Shown: piece after piece, positions 26,001-38,000 of the stretch
Layout of the letters: the number at the start of each line of letters is the position of its first letter
Numbering within the stretch: position 1 is the stretch's first letter
NCBI GenBank assembly: GCA_964036045.1
Contig: OZ038378.1
Coordinates: forward strand, 172,794,001-172,858,000
Source of the DNA: Eutreptiella sp. 'Long Island Sound 2002'
Lineage: Eukaryota; Protista; Euglenida
Length of the DNA: 64,000 nt
Reading direction: 5' to 3'
The notes under the pieces: model-generated
The model's input: only the letters and a program-made list of their open reading frames with translations
Databases searched by the model: none
What the model was told of the DNA's origin: nothing
Translations under genes and position numbers: made by a program

Positions 26001-29000
26001 GCCCCATCAATGGCCCCGTCTTCGAGTCTGTCATCCACGTCGAGCGCCTAGCAGTGTCCCTGATCCAGACCAGCCCGAAGCTGCGGGAGCTTGCGTACCT
26101 GTCCTGTAACACCATCCAGCTCATGCTCAAGATGACTCCTGTGGGGCTCAGGTATGTGTAATCGCAGCTTCGGTGATTGTGGGTAAACTGCAACCTCCCA
26201 AACAGGGGACAATTTCCTCGATGGACTTCGGTTTGCGCTTTCCCAAGATTTTTCGGACCCAGTCAAAAATGCAGTGTTTATAGTGTTGTTGGTGTTGTGC
26301 TTTCTGTACAACTTGTTGTGCATTTTGCACGACACCATCCTGAATTTTCAACTTGTGCACTATTCTGTCCAGTGTGTATACATTACACTCACGCACATAT
26401 TGTGGAATGTTAGGGATGGGACTCCCTGGCAGACCTCTTCTGAAATGACCCAGAGAAGGCCTCCGGTTGGTTGCCCTGGTTTGGGAGCATAAAAAACAAG
26501 AGACGAAGTACATGTGTGCCTGCCCACGGTTGCCCTAGGCGGTGTCCAGCACGTGCTCGCTTTTGTTGTGTTGTTTGCTTTCATTTTCCTTCCTTTCCAT
26601 TTTGACCATATGATGCCACATGGGTGGATTTTGTAGAAACTATGTCCCGTATGTACTGTCGAACATGGCAGTGGGTCGGGCTGGTGGGAGCCACCACCAG
26701 CCCGCATCCCCTGAGCAATCTAAACTAGCCCCCCTGGGTATCCTATTCCACCAGGAACCTGTGTTGCCAGTCAGCCGCGTGTGCTAGAGCATGAAGCGCT
26801 GGGCATTCAGTCTGACCAGCCTCAACCCCGCTCTGCGTCTTTGTTGAGGGGAAATACTCTGGCTGTTCGCGGGACAATCGCCGCAAAAGGTGTGTGCGGC
26901 ACAGGTACTCCCCAGCCATCGCACAACCAGCTAGTGAATGGTCGTGGCTTGCAAACAATCGTCATTGTAGCCTCGAACCAGAAAATGGGAGCAATTCTCC
27001 TTTTGCCTTTGTGGACCCGCACCCCCAAACTTGTGAGCAGAGGGAGAACTGTCCCCTCTCACCGACCAAAACACGTTTGCCCAGCGTCTCAGGACAATCA
27101 AGTGGACAGTTTCCTCCCCAAAACTCGACCAAGTGCGCATATTCCGAACTGGCACACTTTCTCAGCCTTCATGGCAACCTCACCCCCCACCCAGCTCCTC
27201 CTCCTGCCACCACCGCCGCAGCAGCCAAGGTGACAGCACCAGTTTGATCATGAACTTACTCCCGGCCAGTAGAAGTGGGCCAGCAGACGCAAGTGGCCAA
27301 ATCCCCATCACCTACGACAACACCAATCGCCACCCATCGCCCCGGGTGGCACATGTGCTGCACGATGGGATGGACAGACAGTACGTACACCATGGAGATA
27401 GGGGGTTGGGGTAAGGGGTGGGGTGCGGCATGATGTGCTCCCCACATGGACGTCCAAGCGTGGGAAAGGGCTGGTCTAAGGCTGTTGTGTGCCTCTGTAT
27501 GGAAGGTAAGAAGGTAAGAAGGTAAGGTATGGAAGGTAGGGGGAGTAACACGGTGCGCGCGCGGTGCACACGCGGTGCGTATACCGGGGGGTGTTGTGTG
27601 GACCGTTTCAGCTACTTTAGAGGCGACGTGCTGTTGGAGCCTATGCTTTTGCCCAGAACTGTACCTGACACTGCAGCAGGGCAGTGTTGCCACATGCGAA
27701 ATAGGGATTGGTGTGCAATAGTCTGTCATCTTTCAGCCTGTTGCTGCACTGGTTGCTTGTGAACTCGCCCAAGGGGGCCCTCACACCCGTCATAGCTCTT
27801 CCCCCAGCAACTTCCACGAAGGGACAGTATTTACAAGGGCTTCAAAGGTAGACCATTTCCTGGAGAAGCTGTTCAACGACCTGACGCAGTGCGCGCGCAG
27901 TGCATGCTTGACGTGTGAACTCCCTCGTAAGAAGGTAACGCAAGTGGACATCCTAGGGCCCAACAGCTGCTCTTGGAGAGGGTTCCTAGACCGCTGGTAC
28001 GGGTGTGTCTGCCTGGATTCACCTGGCCAATGCTGAGGGCCAGGGAAAGTCTGGGGGCCCCGGTGGCACATCCTACTGAGGGAAAGGAAGGGAGTGCAGG
28101 GAGGTGAGGATAGGCAAGACCGGTCGATCAACGGCACTAGGTGATGAGAGGCCAATGGATACCGCCGCCCATCGGGGGAAAGGGCTCAGGGAAAGGACAA
28201 GGGTCAGTAGCGAGAGGCCAATAAGCGCCGCCAGCTTCAGAGAGCAATCCACTGAGGCGTCATGCCATACGCCCCCCCCGCTCCTGTACACGGCAATGGA
28301 AAATCCCTTCACGCCTTTCTATCTCTGCCTCTACCTACAGTGCGCAGTTTTGGATGCAGTCAGTGCAGCTGGACGACCAAAGCGACCTAACACCCCACTT
28401 CCAAGTCGTCTTCACCAATGACCCCGAAAGCCCCGAGGGCTTCCAGGTGCACGTGAATCTGGAGCGCGGCGGTTACGGGGGGTTGATCCTACTGAAGTCC
28501 CTGACACTGAAATGTCCACCCCTGAACGTACAGCTGCACGAGGACTTCGTGGAGAAGCTTGTGCAGTGGTATGTGTCCCTCGAGGGCGCGCTGCAATGGT
28601 TCGTGCCTCTTGGGGACCTTGCACGGATGGTGCCCCTTGGGCATCTGGCGAACACGCTGAAGAGTTCGTCCGCTCTGGGGGATTCGCGGGTGCACAACCC
28701 GGACTTGGCGGTGCCGGAGGTGCACATCGATCTGACGCTCATCCGTGCGGCGCAGCGGGGTCAGGTATGTGCCGATGTGTGCTTCGGTTAGAATGCAATG
28801 GCGTGGCGCCCTTGTTCCCATTGGTATTTTGTGCCAGTCTACGAAAAAATGCGTTTTCTGCAACCATCTATCACCTCCTTCCTTGAACGCCTTCAGTATT
28901 CCTCTTCTTAGCTGCTCCCTCACCTCTGCAACCTTTACCCACATCCCTCAACTTGGCCACAGCTCCCGTCCGGGTAGATTTTGCCAACCTGCAGTACAAG

Positions 29001-32000
29001 GTTTGATCCCTGGCCCAGCCATGCATGCAGCAAATAAGAAAGATTTGGCAAAACTGCATGTAACCCACTTGGGTACCCTGTATTTTCGGGCGGGACGCTT
29101 GTCTATGCCACGGCATAGGGCTGAGGGTGTGTGTGCGTGTGGGGGGTTGCAGGGTTGCAGGTTTACAGAGGTTGTGGGGCGTTGTGAAGGGTCTTTGCAA
29201 GGGATCTCGGAGGGGCGTGCAGGGCTGTGAATGCGTGCCCTTGCAGGTATGTGGAGGAGTATGGATCATGGAGAGTCGTGAATAATTGTGGAGAATTGAG
29301 AAGGCCATTGTCAAATGTCGGGGAGGGTAGTGGATTGGATGGAGAGGATGGCAGGAGGGCGGGGTTTGGGATTGGGGGGGCTAAACAGTGTTGTTGAGTA
29401 TCATGGTGGCTTGCAGGTGGAGGACCGTGGAGTATTGCATCCCTAGGCACTCGCTTCAAGCTACAGAGTCCGGCACGTGTTGGCAGGGGCCCCAATGGGC
29501 AAGACTGCATTGCATTACACTGCACAAAACAATCATGGTCAATGAACGTCAAGCTCCGTTAGCATCACTGGCATGGAGCCTGCCCCACAAGATTTCGGAG
29601 GGACATTTTCACTACCCCTCGTGACGGCGAGCCTTTCCTCTGGCAACCCCCCCCTCCCTCGCCAAGCCAATTTACCCCCGAGCTCGGAGCGTAACGGTAT
29701 GTGGCCCGGCATGCACGTCGAGACCCACTTCTCAGTTCAACAGAAGTTTTGGGAGTCCACGTGCCACACCAGTACGACTGGAATGACGACGGCGTACGAG
29801 AACTGGTGGGCACGACAAGGCAAAGCTGTGAACCCGGCGAGGGAGGTTCGGGAAGAGACCTCAGCCTGACACAGTCTGGCACGAACTGAGAGGTACGGTT
29901 GCGAATTGGGGTTGCAGTGAGGGCCGTTTGAAGGCAGGCGCAGCTGGAGCAAAGTGGCGGGTCCACACCTGACCTTTCGTGCCCCCGCTGCGGAAGTACA
30001 CCCGGAAGTACCAACCTGCATTCTCAATCAGCCTCTATAGCAGGCACCCCCCCCCCCCGCCCACCTAATGCAGACAAACCTTCACCTCTCAAGTGGAAAA
30101 CTGCCCTAACCGCCTCCCCTGTCCCCCCTTTCTCCCTTCTACACGTGATCCCGCTCAACAGAACCAGGTCAAACGAAGACGTGGCCAAGCTAGTGCAGCC
30201 GCAGCATGCCGCAGCATGCCGCAGCATGCCGTAGCATGCCGCAGCATGCCGCAGCACCTTTTTTTTTGGAGCTGCACATGGGGGTTTTGAAGCATGCCGC
30301 AGCATGCCGCAGCATGCCGCAGCGAGCCAAAATTTTCACATGGCGGACCTTTTTTTTCATAACATGTCGAAGCTCTGAACCCTTTGTTGCACAGGTGTCT
30401 CAGAACTGGATGGTAGCTCGGTGGTCAATGTACCACGTCCCAATTTGCAGAGTCCCGGGGTCCATCCCTGCAAAGGGTAATTCTTTGCCTGTCAGTTCCT
30501 CTCTATTGTTGCACAGATCTTCGCCTTTTTGGTGTATTGGGAAGGTATTGGGGACCACATCAGCCTGTCTGCCTTGTCTGTCTGCTCCCATAGAAGTGTA
30601 GGTACCCACATGTGCAGGCAGAAGCATGCCGCAGCATGCCGCAGCATGCCGCAGCACAAGAAATTTTTCCGAGGGACCGCACTAGCTTGGACGTGGCACT
30701 GGGCAACGGTGGTACAACATGGTGCCCAACCCGTCATTGTGGAACTAGAGTTATGCAAATATCTTTAGTTTTGCCACGGTGACTGGGATAGTGAGCAAAT
30801 TATGTGTACTGCATAATATATCGCTTTCTGGCAGTATCAGTACGTCTTGTCCGATCAGCCACCCTTTTCCATCTGTACATATTCTCTTCAGTTGATGATA
30901 GTTCAGACCCACAACATGGCGCCCACCAAACGTCACCGGTTGACGGGCGCAGCCATGCTTATGGCTACATCTTACAGGGTGAACCCACATTCCCATCGGT
31001 GCAGTATCATTGCTGATTGACTTTGGAGGACGGTCAAGGGACCTTTGTACTGTGCTGTGTCCAGAACTGAGGCCGGAGGAGGGTCAGACAATACATGCCC
31101 GCCCCCCCCCAAACACCCTCCACTGGCTGAAGTATGCCTGCAAAATACTCGACAAAACCCTTGTATGTCATAATCCCTTTCTGCAATCCACAGCTCGTGC
31201 AGCAGTACCTTGGGGCCGCCTCCCACTTCATCTTCTCCGTGAGCCACGCGAAGCTGAAATTGCCGGAGTTCAAGTACCCCAAGAGCACACAGCCCGTGTC
31301 CCAGCATTTGTCCCGCATCAGCGCCTTCTACACGAGCCACGCGATGATGCTCGCGTTGACCCTTGTCGGGTCCTCGCACTTCGTGGGCAACCCTATTGGC
31401 CTGCTGAAGAACATCAGCGGTGGTGTCGCCGGGATATTTGTCAAGCCGCCGTGGGAGAGCGTGCCTGATCTACTGGGACGCACGGTGTCAGGTATCCTTC
31501 AGGGGTCTCCATGGCACTGGTCGCTGGGTTCTAATGGTTTTGCACAGGCTTGCCCCACGTGAAGCACCGCCCTGTTTCCCCTCGGTCACCCTGCAACTCC
31601 CAGTGGTCTACCCTCCAATCGCCGACCGGTGACCGACTCCGCGTGGTCGAGAGGGTAGAGCACATGGTCCTGGGTAGGACCCTCACGGTTCGACGTAGCT
31701 GCTCAACCGCCGCCGGGTGTACAGCCGCGGGCTCCAAACCAGGAGGGGCACCCTGATTCAGCACCCGCACTCCCCCCCCCCCCCCCCCCACCCACACTCC
31801 AGACCCCTAGAACCCGCCTTTGGCCAATTTCAGATTTTTGCTGGAAACCTGGGCACCGAAGGTGCCGAAATTTTGTTGTTGTTGCACGGCAGGGGGTAAA
31901 AAATGGTTGAAACAAATTTCCCCCTCCAGAGGAGGGGCCAGGTTGGGTTGGAGTGAGGGTGGGGGTCAAGTTTATGTTTTTCATGCATATTTGAATCCAT

Positions 32001-35000
32001 AAAACTCTGAGGATTTTGAGTGTACACACATATCTGGCAAAATATTCGGCCCCACGCACTGATCAGTGTGAGGTATGTATGTTGGGGTAAAAATTTTCTG
32101 GGCCTGGCCAGTCCCCCAGCCAGACCCCTCTCCAGCCCCCCCTCCCCCCAGAACAGTTGGGTGTCTATATTCAAACGCGTTGCCGCCCTTGCCCCAAATG
32201 CTGTGCCTGTGCCTCTGCCTGTACTCATGCCTGTGCCTGTGCCTGCTGTGCCTGTGCCCATGCCTGTGCCTGTGCCTGTGCCTGTGCCCATGCCGGTGGC
32301 TGTTATGCTTCTGCCCATGCCTCTGCCGATGCCTCACCAACCATGTCGGCCAACCGCGTGTACTGGATACAAGAGGTTGTTGTTGCTGCCACAGACCACC
32401 CTACCCCCTCGGCTCTCTTTCTCTTCTCTTATAGGATCCCTAGAGACGGTCAGCAAACTCAGTGGGACCGTAGGTGAAAATTTCAGTCGTGCGCTGCCGA
32501 AGGATTACAGGCACAAGCTGCAGAAGGCTCAGAAGACGAAGCCCGGCGGCATGTTCTTCTCTGGAGTGGCGGATGGCATCAAAGGTCCGACCAGCATTCC
32601 ATTCTCACCCACACAATTACAAGCCCCCCACCCCCCATTTCTCCCCCGAATTCCCTGATTGAGTACAGGGGGGGATTTCTTGGGCAGTAAACTTCCCGTG
32701 GGAACTTTGGCTTTCAAATTGGCCGCAAAATTTCCCACACTAAATCCAGGGGCTTCCGCGAAATTTTCCACGCACTCGCCGCACCTGGTTGCCAAGGATA
32801 GGTGTACGAAGGTTGCCAGCAGTGTCAGTGACAGTTCTACGGATAGTTCTAGCGATACCTCCATAGAAACCCCCCCTCCAAAAAAAAAGGCAGAAACCAA
32901 AGTTCTCGCCTGGAGCTCCTTTGCAGGGGGTTACAGTTGCCCTTGCCTGGTTTGTAGGTCGAACCCCAACGTCAAAGGCTGAATACATGTCAGGACCTGA
33001 GACCAACTTGACCCTCATCACTGGCAGAGTCTGGCAGATGGATCTCCCCTGCATTGTGAGTGGCACCTGTGGCTCAGGTCCACCGAGCCCGCAAAGCCCT
33101 ACACACCACAACATTTCTGGGAGTGTCTGCAAAATTTGTCACACAAAATCCAGGGGTCTCCGCGAAATTTCCCGCAGCAACATTTACCACCGTGGAATCG
33201 ACTCGGCAACCCCCCCCCCCCCCTGTAGGTTCCAAGATTGGACACCCGAAATAGGCACCGTATTTGACGTTGACAGTTTTCGAAGGGATGTGGCCTTGTG
33301 CATTTGTCTTGTTTATTCACATATTAAACATATGAACACATTAAGAGCTGAAAGATATTTCTCTGACAAAGTGTGCTTTTTTGTACAGCAAGGGGTCAGA
33401 GTTGACAGCAGTCACAGACCTTGGTGGGCCTGATCAAGCCCTCTTTGCAGCACGACACGACACCCTGACGTTTCAATGGAGGCAAAGCTGCGTTCACTAT
33501 GTGTGCATTACCCCTTTCTTTGCCACAACAACACCAACAGCATTGACTGCAACACCAGTGGTATCCCAGTCAAACACTAACGTTACCCCTGCCAGGAGAA
33601 CCACACCTATGAAGCCAAGACACCCTCGTCGCGCACGAACATGCTGTGGGTGGTCACCTGTGTGGGACAAACCAAGGTGAATCACATGTTCAACCAACTG
33701 TCATCAAGCAAGAACGAAAAACTGTTCTAGCCAAGTTGCGTGAAGAGGTCCAAGAGCCCTCGCAATATCCAGGATATGATGCTCCACCTGCAGCCCCCTG
33801 ATTGAAGTCTATTGTCCTCAAGTTGTCCCCCCCCCCCCCAATTCATTGCCCCATTCAGAGAAAATGCAATAACCCCACGACGGCCACATTACCCCAGAAC
33901 GTCAACCAACAAGTAGGTGACACACAAGACATGACACTGGTCACCAATTTCCTGAAGAGGGCACTAAGACCTTGTGTTGAAAATACAGAAAAATGCCAGA
34001 CTCCTTTGCACCCTTGCTTTTCTTTTTCTTTCTTTTTTTTGCTGTACCCTTAGTACCCAGAAGGGGGCCAGCAGGAAGGGGGACTAGTGGGAGTGCTCCA
34101 GTCCGAGCCGCCACTTCCTGCTGCTATGCAGAGTCAGGAATCAAGAGTGCATCTTTGGATCTTTGCATCATTGCATCTTTGCATCTTTGCATCTTTGCAT
34201 CTTTGCATCTTTGCATCATTGCATCTTTGCATCATTGCATCTTCGCATCTTTGCATCTTTGCATCATTGCATCTTTGCATCTTTGCATCATTGCATCTTT
34301 GCATCATTGCATCATTACATCTTTGCATCATTGCATCATTGCATCTTTGCATCATTGCATCTTCGCATCTTTGCATCTTTGCATCATTGCATCTTTGCAT
34401 CTTTGCATCATTGCATCTTTGCATTATTGCATCTTTGCATCTTTGCATCTTTGCATCTTCGCATCTTTGCATCTTTGCATCTTTGCATCTTTGCATCTTC
34501 GCATCATTGCATCATTGCATCTTTGCAACATTGCATCATTGCATCTTTGCATCTTTGCATCTTTGCATCTTTGCATCATTGCATCATTGCATCTTTGCAT
34601 CTTTGCATCTTTGCATCATTGCATCTTTGCATCATTGCATCTTTGCATCTTTGCATCTTTGCATCTTTGCATCTTCGCATCATTGCATCTTTGCATCTTT
34701 GCAACATTGCATCTTTGCATCTTTGCATCTTTGCATCATTGCATCTTTGCATCATTGCATCTTTGCATCATTGCATCTTCGCATCTTTGCATCTTTGCAT
34801 CATTGCATCTTTGCATCTTTGCATCTTTGCATCTTTGCATCGTTGCATCTTTGCATCATTGCATCATTGCATCATTGCATCTTTGCATCTTTGCATCATT
34901 GCATCTTTGCATCTTTGCATCTTTGCATTTTTGCATCTTTGCATCATTGCATCATTGCATCTTTGCATCTTTGCATCTTTGCATCATTGCATCTTTGCAT

Positions 35001-38000
35001 CTTTGCATCATTGCATCTTTGCATCTTTGCATCATTGCATCTTTGCATCTTTGCAACATTGCATCTTTGCATCTTTGCATCTTTGCATCTTTGCATCATT
35101 GCATCATTGCATCCTCGCATCTTTGCATCTTTGCATCTTTGCATCATTGCATCTTTGCATCCTCGCATCTTTGCATCTTTGCATCTTTGCATCTTTGCAT
35201 CATTGCATCTTTGCATCTTTGCATCTTTGCATCTTTGCATCTTTGCATCATTGCATCTTCGCATCATTGCATCATTGCATCTTTGCAACTTTGCCTCTTT
35301 GCATTATTGTATCATTGCATCTTTGCATCTTTGCATCATTGCATCTTTGCATCATTGCATCTTTGCCTCACTGCATCTTTGCATCTTTGCATCATTGCAT
35401 CATTGCATCTTTGCATCTTTGCATCGTTGCATCTTTGCATCTTCGCATCTTTGCATCTTTGCATCATTGCATCATTGCATCTTTGCATCATTGCATCTTT
35501 GCATCTTCGCATCTTTGCATCTTCGCATCTTTGCATCTTTGCATCTTTGCATCATTGCATTGCATCTTTGCATCATTGCATCTTTGCATCTTTGCATCAT
35601 TGCATCTTTGCATCTTTGCATCTTTGCAACTTTGCCTCTTTGCATTATTGTATCATTGCATCTTTGCATTCTTGCATCTTTGCATCATTGCATCTTTGCC
35701 TCACTGCATCTTTGCATCTTTGCATCATTGCATCATTGCATCTTTGCATCTTTGCATCTTTGCATCATTGCATCATTGCATCTTCGCATCTTTGCATCTT
35801 TGCATTTTTGCATCTTTGCGTCATTGCATCATTGCATCATTGCATCATTGCATCTTTGCATCTTTGCATCTTTGCATCTTTGCATCATTGCATCTTTGCA
35901 TCTTTGCATCTTTGCATCTTTGCATCATTGCATCATTGCATCTTTGCATCATTGCATCTTTGCATCTTTGCATCTTTGCATCTTTGATATCTGAGCTGAC
36001 ACAAGACAACCAGTGCACACCAGCTCTTGGGCACTACTCCTGTCAGCATAGAATAGGCCAGGCCCGATGCACAGACCTGGCAGGATTCGGACCGCCTCTG
36101 ACCGAGAAAGGACCGCACGGAGTGGACATCGGCAGGAGGGAGTGCATGAGCAAGCGCAAAGTAGACGTGGCGCCCCCTGGAACGTTGAAGGACACAACGG
36201 GGGAATGAACACTTGGTTTTTATGGGAAATGTTTGGGGATTCCCACGCAACCAAAAGCCACTGCCAGCGCAGTCCAACACACCCAATGAGGCAAACAAGC
36301 GGATTGCCCAGCTCACTGGCTTCCAGGCATTGTCACAGACTCACAAAGTTTGTCACAGACTCCTGGTGGCATTTCTGTGCTCCCTCCCTGGGAATGGAAC
36401 CTGGGCTTTCGGTTGTAGACGCACCAACAGTTTGCACATTTCAAGCGTATTCAACCATTCATGACACTGTACCCAGTGGGCCAAACAGGGCTTGTTACTG
36501 TGGTCAATGCATGAGGGTTGATTCCAGGACAACAACTATGCTCTGTTGAGAAAAAGCCAACAAAGGCGCTTCGGGCACATGCAAAATTCTATTGAATGCC
36601 CAAGTCCCCATGAGGAACATTCTGCTTTTTGGCATTCTGGTGCGGTGTACACAAGCAAACAAACGGTGCTCTGGTGCAGGACATGGCAAACGTGCTGATC
36701 GCTGCACCACCAGGACCCATGTATCTTGTGAATAGTGCCCCAATTTGTGGGGGACGGTGCAATGACGGATGAATACTAGGCGCAGCACGGTGGAGGTAGG
36801 ACGGCGGTACTCATCCAGGGGTTCAAGCGAAGCCCCAAAGTTGGGAATGTATGCGGAGGACAGAGGACCAAAAGACCGCCCCCCCCTCCAAACCTACGCC
36901 CATGGGAAGCAGTAGCAACGCCACGACGGCTCGTTGGGTGCTTTGTGCTCTTCATTGATGCGTCTGCCGGAATTCTTCCTTTTTTTCCACTTTTGGTGAG
37001 CGGTCAAGGGTTTTTTCACCGCCCACTTATGGAGTAATTTCTTGGGGGCTCCAGCATGCCAACAAAAAAAAATCTTCCTTAATTTAATTTAACTTGATTT
37101 TTTGTATCCCCCTCCCTATCCGAAAAACTACTGCCTCAGCCTTTATGGCAAACACCCCCGAACACTATACTGAACCCCCCGGTCCCCGAGACGCTCGCAT
37201 GGGCTCCGCAGGTGTTGTGCAAGACCCATATTCTGAAGTCAAGAAGCACGGAGCCCTTGGTCTGGCCCCGGGCCTCATGAAGGGCCTCGTGGGACTCGTG
37301 ATGAAGCCCAGCGTGGGACTGGCCTACGAAGTGTCCAATGATACGTCGAATGTCAGGAAATTGATGAAGTGTGCTTCATGCGCGTCATTCTGCCCACGGC
37401 CCTCGGCACGCGTGGTTTGCGTGGGAACCCGGACACTCCCCCGTCCAGAACCCCACACCTACGCCCCTGCGGAGCAGCAATTGTGTCCCCTACACACTGG
37501 GGCTGACACCAACATTACAACTCGTGGTGCTTTGGGGGATTCATTTGTGTGTGTCTGCCATCCTATTTTCCTGTTTTCCTGTTTTCACCTCTGGTGAGTA
37601 GTCAATGATTTTTTTTCTAGCCCCACTTATGTGCAGCTCTGAATTTCTGGGGGGGGGGGCTTCCAGTATGCCTACCACAGGAACCATGGAAGAAATGATC
37701 CCCCCTCATACTGGATTTTGTTGGCGTCCAAATCTACACTGAAATGCCTCCCATGCTCTCGGGCTTGCTGTCTGTACCTGGGGCCGTTGGGTCTTCAGCC
37801 TCTGCGGGTGAGGGGTTACACCTTCCAACGCATGGGCGGGGCTCAACGGGCTGGGCCGTCAACCAATCAAACATTTCTGAAAAGTGTTTTCAGCAAACAC
37901 AAGGCAAACGATGATTTCTCCGAATCCCTTTGCCGCGATGATTCCCAACACACCAGCCTCACGTTTTCTGCGTGTGTGTTTCTGCATGCGCGCAGTGCGT

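Noticed and set aside
33993-36208. ORFs of 635-681 aa (CIFASLHL repeats) and minus-strand MQRCKDAK ORFs
   Set aside because: Translations of the 8-bp satellite inside a VPS13 intron.
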